A stretch of 64,000 nucleotides of DNA from Stylophora pistillata (Eukaryota). The position numbers were made by a program, and so were the translations under genes. Below the pieces are notes generated by a model, which was not told the DNA's origin, did not search any database, and saw only the letters and a program-made list of their open reading frames with translations. Positions 26,901 to 37,700 of this stretch are shown here, one piece after another (within the stretch, counting starts at the first letter, position 1; each line of letters opens with the position of its first letter). The stretch is from assembly GCF_002571385.2 (NCBI RefSeq), contig NW_019218102.1, positions 14,768 through 78,767 of the forward strand, written 5' to 3'.

Positions 26901-27464
26901 TATGAAAAAAAATGATAGTCTTAGAGACACAGGGTATGACTCAACCCCTCAGATCTGTACTAATTGAACGTGGGAAGTTTATATAAGTTGATGAGCAGTC
27001 GATGGAAGATAAACATTAACTTTTAAGTTACTCGCTATTTCTGTGTGCACGCCAGGGAAAATGCTGATGAACTGCGACTGAGAGTTAGGTGAAATCTATT
27101 CAAATTCGATCACGTAAATCGCCTTTAGGCCAACAATTGTTTACTTTAATTCACACTTACCTTCTTGTTGAATTTTAACCACGTAACGATGTCTTTTTTG
27201 TCTACAAACTGCAAACCGAAATACCACGTTTCTCGCACGCCTAATGTTCGCACAACAAGATCAAACAGATCCTTTCCCGTGCAGTTTCTCTACAAAGAAT
27301 ATAGTAAAAACTGCATATATTCACCAAGGAACAGTTGTAACAGAGAATGAAGAGAGTTAATAGATCTCATGTAAACTTCAAAATGTTGTCAATATATCAA
27401 CCTCGACAGAAAACTCCAACTCTGCATCGAGAGTTGTCACGCGAACATCGTACGTCTTCGGCAT
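18099..27464 (-). CDS. NF2: Merlin (neurofibromin 2), FERM-domain protein
   Basis: Exons 27402-27464 ([18 protein letters not shown]), 27161-27289, 25582-25794 ([17 protein letters not shown]), 25164-25232, 24688-24770, 24235-24310, 23516-23650, 23018-23092, 22821-22934, 22390-22512, 21743-21874, 21467-21555, 20652-20760, several small exons at 18.86-19.9 kb, and last exon about 18099-18149 ending RIQFFEEL* (merlin-type C-terminus). Confidence 0.93.
18625..18850. repeat. Interspersed non-autonomous repeat (MITE-like); related fragment at about 22090-22250
   Basis: Both copies share tgtgattggt..a.aaaac..caacca.tcag; this copy ends in actcaatcgaaaagcgctc. Confidence 0.55.
20252..20413. repeat. 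Telomere-motif minisatellite in an NF2 intron
   Basis: About 5 units of CCCTAA-CGCTATATA-CCCTAACCCTAA(AA), each about 27-30 bp. Confidence 0.85.
20818..20933. repeat. (CATA)n microsatellite, probably the tail of the adjacent LINE
   Basis: Direct reading; abuts the LINE 3' UTR. Confidence 0.9.
20935..21350 (-). mobile_element. 3' fragment of an L2/CR1-group LINE
   Basis: ORF 21111-21320, YSLRG..LSLPKP.T..GLNSFSY....WNSLP, is the typical C-terminus of CR1/L2 ORF2. Confidence 0.8.
23385..23473 (+). mobile_element. Penelope-like terminal repeat remnant carrying the 3' half of a hammerhead ribozyme
   Basis: acttccgcacaggttgtcGAAACgtcagtcac..acagtcct..tcaggactac.ctcacccggacgatca; the upstream CTGANGA box is absent. 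Confidence 0.55.
23755..23925 (-). mobile_element. SINE fragment; related pieces at about 20020-20180 and 30075-30170
   Basis: Shared core actcct.ggt..agaga...actgt..gagtaa..gt..t.cccaagaacacaa. Confidence 0.55.
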
Positions 27465-28747
27465 ATTTTCGCACCATTTGGGGCGGCCTCACAAAGAGCA
27501 AACTGCACTTCAGTTTTCCTGAAAATCCACTACATCTCATAAAGATTTTTTTCGACACATATTCGTGCTATGTTCAGAATATTTAGCGTGCCTATCGTGC
27601 TTATCGCCTACGATAAACATTAATTTACTTCAACCGCTGACCATTACATTTATGTCATGTAGATGACATTAAGTGTCTAGCTCCGGTGAATCAGTGATGA
27701 GCGGGCTACAAACGGAAGTGCTACTTAGTGCGTACGTTGGGGTATCCGAGTTTCCGATTTTAATCTATCTGGCACCAAGAAATATGCACCGCACCCTTAG
27801 ATTTTTTAAGATGCTGAACTATAAGAATACTTGAGATTAATATTATAATATTGTCTTAGTTGTTGTACAACACTTGACGGAAAAGAGCCCTAAAATCTTG
27901 GTATGAATCTCCTCTGTTAGCAGACAAACACAATTAATTAAAACTTGCCTAGTTCTTCATATCAGAGTGTCTGTGTTAGGATTATTTCTATGGGAGAAAA
28001 TAAGACTAGTCTTGTCTCAAACCAGCTGAAAGGACATATTTCTAAAATCAATAAGTTTGTTCTTTTTATTAGTATGAAATAAACTTGACTCCAAGTGACT
28101 GTAAGAAATAAACAGAAGAGCAATACTATCACCATGAACCATGGCAAAAAGAAAGGAAATAAAAAGAATGTGATCATGATACTGTCAAAACTCTCATTTC
28201 TGTCACATCTAAATCACTGTTACAAATGCAAGTATTAAAAACTAAACCACATTACTCATTTTGTTCTATGAATTTACTCCTAACTTTCTAGACGTTACTA
28301 GCATACTTAGTGGTTTAAATTTTTTCTTGGTCTAAGATTTTTCAAACCAGTTTGTTTCTTAATTTTCCTTGTTTCAGAATGTCACATCAAATGAAAGAAA
28401 AATGGAAATCAAAATTAAACTGGTTAAAAAAAATTAAACTAAGAAAAAAATTGACTGACAACAATAACATGTACTTCATGCAATGCAAATGCTACATACA
28501 GATTCTCCTCATCTCTGCAAGCTTTCCATTAAAACTGTTTCCCCAATTTTTCTGTACATGAAGCCATTAAAAGTCATTTTAAGGCTAGTGTTGGACATTT
28601 TAGCAGAATGTGAAATCATTAAACCTACATGTAGGTTTAAACAAATTATGTTGATTTTCAGAGTCTTAAGAAGGCAGTGAATAAACACTACGCAGTGGTT
28701 CTTACTTTGACATTACATTGATTTGGTAGAGGTAAGAACTTTCAGTT

Positions 28748-30432
28748 TCAACTATTGTATGTAGGAATCAACCTTGCAATAACACGACGACACACTGGGC
28801 AGTTGTTGACCCGCTGAGCACAGTCTATGCAACAACAGATGTGGCCACAGTCTAAAATAACAACATTACGCTGTCTGTCCATGCAAATAACACAGGCCTC
28901 TTGCTGATCTAATACTTCCCCCTCACCCAAAACATTCACTTCCTCTCTCATTCTCCTAATTAAGTCCAGTTCCACTTCCCTATCACGCCGTCTCTTGAAA
29001 TAAAGAACCAGCGACACCAGGAACAGTATGCCACTTCCAAAAGCAAAGATGGCACTCAAGATTTTCCACACCTTCTTTCCTGACTGCAGCTGTCTCATGA
29101 TTGCATCTAGTGTGAGTTGTGATAGATAATAAGTTAGACCAGACTTCGGGGGTCCAATCTTGATACCATCATCTGTCAGTGTGATTTCTCCAATCCCAGT
29201 GAGAGTTGTACCAACTGGTAACATCTCTTCAATTGTCTGGAATCCTTTGGTCTTATCACCACTGGCCCACTGTACTAAGGACTCTGCCACTGAGCTACTG
29301 ACTGGTTCAAACTTGTCATGAATAACTTTGAGGGTAAGTTGTTCAGCCGACAATGGTTCCATGACTTTAACATTGTCACCATTACCAAACAGACAGAATG
29401 GAACTGAAGATGATGCTGAGCTGATAGTTCTCTCTATGTCATGCCTACAAGTGGATACAAAAAGGATCAATGTGTGTAACATAACTTGAACCCCAAATTA
29501 AGCATGCTCCCTGTATTAAGCACACATGGACAAAAATACTCTGCCTTTCTGTAGCCCTAACTTTTATCACAATATCTCGATACTTTGAGAGGAGTAACAA
29601 TAGACTTTTTATGAAGTTAAAGACTTGTGTTTAGTTTATGTTATGATAATCAAAACTAATTCAACTATAATAGAACTCGATACATCAACAAGGGTTTTTT
29701 GAAGTTGTGTTGCACCAAAATATTAAGTATGTCATAATAGTAAAATTTTACAAGTACCGGTTTTATCATAATCATCATCATCATCACCATTAATATTGTT
29801 ACCTACCACAGCCTTGTCGTTCGACTCCACTCACTCTTATGCTCTCGTGTTTTGACGCGCTGCATGACGCCAGTAACATCTGCAACACGAGAACTTCTGA
29901 TCACTTCATTCGGTTTCTGAGGCTTTGTCTCTCCTCTGATAACGCCATAAGGTATTGAGCGGGTGTCAGAGGCCAAAAGCGCATTCCTCAGTTGTGAGCC
30001 AATTTCAACCTCTACTGCATTCTAAATAAAAACCAAATCATTCAAAAGCATTGCAGGTTATGCCCTTGTGTTTCAACAAGTTTCCCTGACAGTTTGCTGG
30101 TACCCATTTGCACTCCTGAGTGGAGAGAGACACTGTCGGAGTAAAGTGTTTTGCCCAAGAACACAACAAAATTACCCACTAGCCAAGATTAAAAAAAGAC
30201 CTTTGGATATGGGGTCCAGGGTGTCAGCCAAATAGGATATTTATTCTCATGATCTACATTGAAGCACGTCGAAAAATCCCAAACGAAAGCGGTTTTAGTT
30301 ATTAACAGTAACAGAACACGCACAAACCTGCAAGCTTCGTATGGAACCTTCCCTGTTTTTGTACACTCCATAGAATATAGCTGATACAGCAGCGCTTCCT
30401 AAACCAGCGTACAAGTAGAAGTAATCTGACAT
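28748..30432 (-). CDS. MUL1: Mitochondrial E3 ubiquitin ligase MUL1/MAPL (TM-GIDE-TM-RING)
   Basis: Exons 30328-30432 (MSDYFYLYAGLGSAAVSAIFYGVY), 29807-30021, 28748-29444 (EEMLPVGTTLTGIGE; second TM; C3HC4 RING CVICMDRQRNVVILDCGHICCC..CPVCR). Confidence 0.92.
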
Positions 30433-30601
30433 TGTAAATTTAGATGTCTCTCTCTGGGATGGCTTTCAGAAGTTCACAACTCAGAATAGCACATCCGCCA
30501 TATTTTCTCAAGGTTAGGTACCAGGGCTGCCCAAGTTTTGAGTTTCCGGCAGAGGGGAGTTTGTAATAAGTATTTAAACTATACCCTCCCCACCAACCCA
30601 A

Positions 30602-30713
30602 GCTCCCGTAGCACAGTCGGTTAGAGCGTCGTACTTATATGCAGTTACTGGCGTTATCCGCCGAGGGTGCTGAAGTAATGCGAAGGTCGGGGGTTCGAGC
30701 CCCCCCGGGAGCA
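30602..30713 (+). tRNA. tRNA-Ile(TAT) with a 38-nt intron (30640-30677)
   Basis: Acceptor stem GCTCCCG/CGGGAGC, D arm, anticodon stem TCGTA/TGCGA with CT-TAT-A, T arm GGGGG-TTCGAGC-CCCCC; Pol III T-run at 30721-30734. Confidence 0.93.
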
Positions 30714-31440
30714 TGGGGCATTTTTTTTTTTTTTCCCGCATATCTTTTTCTTCTCAAGTACAAGTCGAAGTAGTTCTTAGCTAATACATCCTTGGATTTT
30801 TTTTCAAATTCGACGAGTAACTTCAAAGTTAGACATGTTTGAGCGTTTGACATTTCTGAACTAACATCTGATTTTCTGATCTACCATTTGATTTTCCCTT
30901 CAGTAGTATTTTGATGAAAATTTCTAACTGCCCGGCATTTATTCTCTTTGAGACCATGGTAAGCGGTACACTCTTCATAATTTTATTATCGAACTCATAC
31001 CTCGCGTTAATTCAGTCATTTTCTTCACTGTTGCAATGTCTTTTGTGATCCGATGGAATCTTTCTCCCCTCCTCTTTTGCTTTGATATCACCAATGTAAT
31101 TAATTTCATGTTTTTCTTTCCTAATTACTCGACAAAATCATTTGTCTCTAAGTGGACATTTCAGTTTTACGACTGAAAACATGCTACCATGGTGGCTCTT
31201 TCAAATAATTTCACGGTATAAGAGCAGTCATCCTGGGCGCTAGAAGATGTTAAAATTATGTTAATCAAGAGATTACCTGGACACAAGGAATGAAAATCGT
31301 TCGCATAATATTTTTTATTACCAGAGTAACCTGAAAATAAAGAAGGGTCACATTTTTCTGGGCTATGATATTAACAAATACAACAAGAAAAGTTTTATAA
31401 TTCACTGTCGAGGTACGACTTTGCTCGGTGACGGCTCAGC

Positions 31441-32292
31441 TCAGTCAGTGTTGTAGTTTCGTTCAAGAACTGCAGCTCTTCGCGGAGTGTTCAAGGTGTC
31501 GAAAAGCTTGTAAAGTGCGTTCGCATCATTGGATCTTGTTTTCTTTTCAAGTGGAACATCGGCCAATTCTTTCAATTCCTTTACCGCGGCTTTTAAGGGT
31601 TCCTAAAACAAGTCACGAAAAAGCAAGTGAAACAATTACTTCTTGACGATCTTTCAAGCCTGCTAATTGTTCGAATACAATATGGTTAGCTTTTGACTAA
31701 AAAATCTCAGCGAAAAGGGTCGGTTAGGCCTGGATTTGAAGATTCTCCCCTCAACTAAGAATATACACAGGTTGAAATTTATCAGTTTGTAATATATAGT
31801 TTCGCCAGAGCCTTAGAGTCCAGAAATAACTGAGAGAAAAATAACTTTTTAGCAGGTCAAGCTCACGGAGATCAGAATAATCGAATCAAACACATCTAAC
31901 TCTATAGATAAACTATTTGTAACAGCACATTGTAAACAGATAGTTACCATTATCGAAACATGCGTAATATCGACGAAATGTTCAGTACAGTCAAGAATTC
32001 TGTCTGCTTGCCGAGGCCATAGTTCAACATGAACTCCTTTCTTTGCATAACAGGGTCTGGACGCAGCCCCACCCATTGACTTTTTCTAGTTATTTATGAT
32101 TTCACAGTTTTATAACGCTAATAGTAAACAACCTTGAAACAATCATACCTTGCTGTATGCTGCTGAATCAGAGACGATCGAGCGGCCACTTAAAAAATTA
32201 TGAGTCAGTTGCCCACATATAAACTGAACCTGAAGTACTACAAGAAAACAACACACTAACCAGCTAAAGGACAATTTTAGACCACAACACAT
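31441..32292 (-). CDS. Putative neuropeptide precursor B (predicted pQLTHNFLSamide)
   Basis: Exon 32149-32292: MCCGLKLSFSWLVCCFLVVLQVQFICG-QLTHNFLS-G-R-SIVSDSAAYSK|gtatga. Last exon 31441-31602: EPLKAAVKELKELADVPLEKKTRSNDANALYKLFDTLNTPRRAAVLERNYNTD*. AATAAA at about 31314-31319. Possible internal exon at about 31950-32085. Confidence 0.7.
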
Positions 32293-33170
32293 TTCTAGAT
32301 CTTCACACAACGAACTCGTAAATCTGTTTGAAAGCTTCTAAGATGCGATCCTCTTTAAATCCACACGCATACATTAGATATACAAACGTTAAACTGATAC
32401 AAACATGTCAACAATATAACACAGTAAGATACGGACGGAAGTTTTCATCGAGAAAAAGAAACATGGTGAGTTTCATTTCCCCACGTTGCCTTTAAATTGA
32501 AATAATTTTCTGTTCCTGTTTCCTTCCTCTTTCCTTTCAAATGCTGTTGCGTCTCAATAAGACATCGACAAACGAAATTGATCGAAAGAGAGTGGAACTA
32601 AATAAATCAAATGATTTAAGTATGAAATAGCGGTTATGTAACAATTAATCCGCGCGAAAGTGACAAAAGCTGCGAAAATTCTACGTCCGTAAATTTTCTC
32701 TACAAAACTAGGCACTGCATTTAAACCTGTGTAAATTCGATCGACAGTCTTAAAAATTACAGGTAGGAAAAAAAAGTGTATATTCATATCTACCATCCAG
32801 GCTTCATAATTGTTTGCTACTCACCATTTATAAAATTAATCTTTGAGAATTGACCTTAATATTTCCTTATTTGTCTAATTGTAGAACTGAATCTGGAGCA
32901 AGGTCTAGTCGTACTTCCTTAAATATTTCATCAAAAAGTTACAGAAGAGTAATATAATTTTCCAGAGAGTAGATGAGGCCCACTAGTGGACATAGACGTG
33001 ACATTTACAGTCTGCTGACTTGGGTGTTAATGTGGTAATATGGGACGAAATATTGCGTATTCATTTTATTTCATTTTATTTTATTTTTTCCACTACACAT
33101 AGTAGTAAGTTAAGAGACAAAATATCACCTGATCATAATCATCCCACACTGATATTTATGTCACATTTAA

Positions 33171-33470
33171 GGTGGGGGGGGGGTGATCAAGGCTGTTTTA
33201 ATATCGACGGAAACCAACCCATCCCCTCCCATAAACAGCCAGGCATACAGTTATAAATCTTCAAATAACTGCAGAGTTTCAAAGATTGGTAGAAGACTTA
33301 AGACATTTTTAAAGACATTTTTGTTGCATTGAGGGAGGGGGGACGAGCAAGGCTGTTACGTTTCACTATCGAAGGAAACCAACCCCCCCCCCCATCCCTT
33401 ATAACCAAACAGGCACACAATTTTAAATCATAAAATAATTGTAGAGTTTCAAAGATTGTTGGAAGATTCA
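33171..33470. repeat. Diverged direct duplication of about 135 bp
   Basis: 33171-33300 and 33331-33470 share G-run-caaggctgtt..tatcga.ggaaaccaaccc..caggca.aca.tt.taaatc..agagtttcaaagattg. Confidence 0.75.
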
Positions 33471-33687
33471 ATGGAAGTCGTGGGATAGGCTGACCAATTC
33501 TTATCTGCTTATCAGTGTTGAACTGAACTGACCCTGTTGTAAAAACCAACTGACCGTGATTTCACTGTAATTTAACATTTTATTTCTCTTTTCAATCAGT
33601 CTTTACTGCAATAACTATAATTATTAATAATTATTATCGGTTTCAAGAAAGTACTCTGTGGATTACAATCTTCCTAACTTGTGGAAT

Positions 33688-34450
33688 TTAGTTCTCATCA
33701 TCAGCATCTCTTGCGAGGTTTCTTCCATTAGAAACACTGTTGTAATAATTGTGCAGAGCTTTTCCTCGGCGGTCGACTGTTCTCGCCTCATATTCTCCAG
33801 GGGTCCTCTGATTTTTGTTCATGGAATCTGTGCCTCTCTTTTCGTCATTTCCTACAGTATTCTAAACGATGAAATTAAGGTGTTACTTTTGGCACAACAA
33901 TTCCATGCGTTGAATGTGCGATCTTTCAGGAATAGGTAATGAAACAGACAACCATAAAAAAATGCCATCTTCCTCTACTCTCTCCGAAAAAAGTAAAAAA
34001 CAGAAAAAACAAAAAAAACAAAAACAAAAACAAAACAAAACAATCGGGAAATGATATATTAGGGTCAGATTCTAGAGGAATGAGAAAATTCTGGAAAAAT
34101 ATGTCAGGAATGGACTTGAAGTTCTCCAATCCAGAATTCACCTTTTACTCCTTGGAATTTGGGTTGAAGTGAAGCGATTCCTTGCATACTTTATGTTGTT
34201 TGGAGTAGCTGGTCTGAAGGATTTGCCACAAAAATTAACATTTCATGGGCACGGAAGGAATTCATTGAACAAGAGAAAATCCAATTAGCGTCAAAGTATG
34301 TTAGTACTTAAAAGTTTGTAAACTTACCTTACGGGCGAAAGATCGCAGAATGAAACTTCGTCCCGGCGGTTTGATGGCGCTTAACTGACACAGTGCAAGT
34401 TGAAAACTAAGGCAAAAAACAACCATCAAGCAGACTAGAGACTTCTTCAT
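33688..34450 (-). CDS. Putative neuropeptide precursor A (predicted pQLSAIKPPamide)
   Basis: Exon 34328-34450: MKKSLVCLMVVFCLSFQLALC-QLSAIKPP-G-R-SFILRSFARK|gtaagt. Optional 24-nt exon 34190-34213 (TSYSKQHK). Last exon 33688-33861: NTVGNDEKRGTDSMNKNQRTPGEYEARTVDRRGKALHNYYNSVSNGRNLARDADDEN*. AATAAA at about 33579-33584. Confidence 0.72.
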
Positions 34451-34539
34451 GTTTCCTTCGTCTTACAAATGAAAATTTAGTTTAAAACCTGACCTCTGCT
34501 TTCAAGCGGTTCGAATGTTGAAACTATTTCAAGTACTCC

Positions 34540-34548
34540 TTATATATA
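34540..34548 (-). promoter_or_regulatory. Candidate TATA box of peptide precursor A
   Basis: TATATATAA on the minus strand about 90 bp upstream of the ATG. Confidence 0.5.
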
Positions 34549-34649
34549 CTGGGAAATTCTATACGATGGCATATCACCCAACATGGTTATAAGTTTGGTA
34601 GTTCAACTGAATACAATAAAATTACGGGCGCGGGGCAAGGTAAGAAAGC

Positions 34650-34725
34650 TGAGCCCCATGTGAGCAGGATTCGAACCGCTTATCTTCCGATTTCGCTATC
34701 GGATGCCCAACCAACTGAGCCAGCA
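34650..34725 (-). mobile_element. tRNA-derived SINE head (A/B boxes)
   Basis: Minus strand TGGCTCAGTTGG...GGTTCGAATCC without a closing acceptor stem. Confidence 0.6.
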
Positions 34726-37700
34726 AAAGGTGTCCGTGAGTTCGTAAGAACTGAATAGATTTGTGACCTTCCATTCACATGTCAACAGACTGACCCTTTA
34801 TTGAAGTTGAGTTTAATAGTTTTTATTAGTCGACCACGTCGAGATTTGTTCCTGCGTTTTCCGTTTCTCAGGGGTTATTGTTTAGAGTGCTATTTTAGAC
34901 ACTTCAAATTAAAATTTTACAAAGCGCTCCATGGGTCCAGAACGCGGAAACTACTTTCTGGAGGCTTTTGTTCTGATTTAATGGGATAAGGTAACAGAAA
35001 CACGGGGATATAATTAAAATAATCAAAACCGGAGATTCTCTCACAAAAGATATTAAAGAGAAAGGTGTTGAGGCAAAACAATTCTGTGTTGATCTTTCAA
35101 TCGATGATCGCCGGATGTCTCGATCGCGTTGGAAGCAGATGAAATAGAATTGTAGCGACCATGTGAGAGTTAAGAAAGTATGGCAGCTTAGGGAGCTCAG
35201 CTTAACATCCGGCGCGTTAAAAATAGGTCTGTATTTCGGACACTTCAGAATAACACTTAACTTACATATTTTAGCTGGGACAAGTTATGTGTAAAGCTGA
35301 CTAAATCTGCGATAAAAGAAGAGTTCGCAAAGAAAATAAATGTGGTGGGCTTCTATCGAAAGTCAGAGAAAATACAACGGGTGTTTACTGCTATTAGGCT
35401 ACATTTTCAACACCTAGACCTGTACCTGGTTGTTATAAGGGCATACACGACATGCTTTCCTGACCAGTATTCCAGAGACGCAACTGAGGAGGGAAACAGA
35501 AATCAAAGCTCCCTTATATGGCAAATCAATAAGATAATTTTAACAAACTACCCACAACAAAACCTTTAAAAAATAGATGAAGTTGGTAACAGAACAATTT
35601 TCAAGACTTTCAAATAAGATGTTGTACCAAGTGCTTTCGCGTGAAAATTGTGCAAGGCATTTGGCGCATTTTACCGAAGCACAAGGGCAGCCGGACTAGC
35701 TCGAGAGTTAAATAACCTTCAGTCGCACAATGATTAGAGTTCTAAGGCCGAGAACACTGGACATGAGCTTTGGGTTCAACGAAGACTTTGAGCTACTCAA
35801 CACAAAAATGACCAAAATTTTCTTTTTGATCATCGCACATGTTGCCGTATGCTCACGTGACATTCGCGTGGTCGAGTAATCGTCGTCGTTGTTGTGAGCA
35901 GCCTGAAGTCTCCTCAGTCTGTTTTCAAACCTCTCCTACCCCTTCACAGGAAACTAATCGCACATGATGTAGGTTACGCCATTTCCACAGATTGTAGCTA
36001 TTATGGGGCCGAGAAGGTATAGTGTTGATGTCGATTGGTATAATTTCATTCAATTCACGAACGATTATGTAGTTGCCACAACATTTCATAATTTGATTAA
36101 TAATTGATACATTATTTACAGGGTCAGCGGGTGAGCTGGCTTGTTTTGAATTTTCTCTCTGTTGACGAAACAGTTTCAATACGGTCTGCTCTAGAACCTA
36201 TGGCTGATTGGTTTAGTTGCGCGAAAACAAAGGAACCGAAGGCTTACAACTTGTAAGCGTGTCCAGCACTGTGCTCATTCGATAGACTGCAAAGCGTCCG
36301 ACACAAAGTTACGGCAGTGGATGAGATGTGAGTGCTTTAATCACTGTTTAAAATAAGAACTCCTCTCGAAATTGCCAAACACCTCCTTCTCTTCTTCCCC
36401 AATTGAAAACACTCCCTCACACACTCAAGCTACGTGCCACGGTTAGAACAGAACGACCTAACTTAAATAACTGTAGTTGTTACATCCTTGCTAAGCACAG
36501 TTTCACGGTGTTAGAGCTCCACAGATACAATCTCCTTCAAGATGTGATTTCTCCTCGACTACCAATCATACCACTCGGTGAAAAAGAGCTCCTTAGTCTT
36601 CGAAAAACACTGGCTTTACTCGCGAACAGTAGAAAAAACCTTTCTTTTCTTTATCGCTTAATGTTGTTGCCAGAAAACGATAAGTTTAGCTCCGGCAACA
36701 TGAAATCAATAGTAAGAACTATGATAAAAATTATAACTATTTTCTAGCCCCACAAAATGTTATTGATTGTGTTTACTGAATGATAACTTTGTATTACTTG
36801 TAGCATTAATTAGATCATTTTTCGGTTTTGAGTCAACTGGTTTTGACCCATATATCACTCTCTATCAGTTACGTGCTATTAAAAGCTTAAAAATGTCAAG
36901 AGAACTTGTTTTTAGTTCGTTTGTCATATGTTACTAGGTAATTAATTTCTGTTTTTGATATATGGTGTGTAACATTCGTAACAAATGATTAAAACTAAAA
37001 ATCAGCTCATTTTTCATTAAAATTTGTCAAAGTTAAATGCTCTAAGAAGAAAATTAATCTGTGTAATCCAGCATCTCCGATCCAGTTATTTAATTTGAAG
37101 TGACAACGCCAAATTGCTTTGGCCTAAGGGAAGTGTTTACGACAAAACGCAATCTATTTCGCTTGGCACGATTTTCTCAGCGACTGAAAGCTTTCAAAAT
37201 ATTTCACTCGTCTATCCGTAATGTGTCCGGGAAAGTCATTCGATTTTCTTTGTTATTGAGTTTTTGTGAATCAATTGAAGGCTGTAGTTGCATCACTTTT
37301 AATTTGATTCAAACAGTATTTTATTTACTCCCTGTAAAAAAGGTGATATCAAGACTCTTAATTTAAGGGGGAGCAATTATGACAAAAGACAGTTGCTTAC
37401 GTAAGTTTGATAGCTTTTTAAAACAGCACGCGAAAAAACCGTTGAGCATTTGAAAAAAAAATTATTAATACCTGTTTGCTAAAATAGAATTAACAAACTA
37501 AAATGGAACCAGGGAAAGAGATCATTTTTCCAATCAAATTAACGATTCGACTGACTTTAATTTGTTCTTTAATAATTCGACAACCCGTCCATTCTTAATT
37601 TTTTAAAAATGGGGGCGAAAGACAGTTAGAGAGAATTGTTTACACTGTTAGTGAAACCTAGAAAAAGTGGAACTGCTACAAGATAGCCTTAGACCCGTTG

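Noticed and set aside
32463-32471. Plus-strand ATG|GTGAGT (also ATG|GTAAGC near 30956)
   Set aside because: No downstream coding exons found; could be chance.
34142-34213. 72-nt middle exon for precursor A using the donor at 34141
   Set aside because: Contains a stop in the required frame; only the 24-nt version keeps the frame open.
34650-34725. Possible tRNA gene (also 43224-43305)
   Set aside because: A/B boxes are present but there is no acceptor stem or canonical anticodon arm, so treated as SINE heads.
36370-36415. Minus-strand SVFNWGRR, resembling a Wamide peptide
   Set aside because: No upstream start or signal peptide found in frame.
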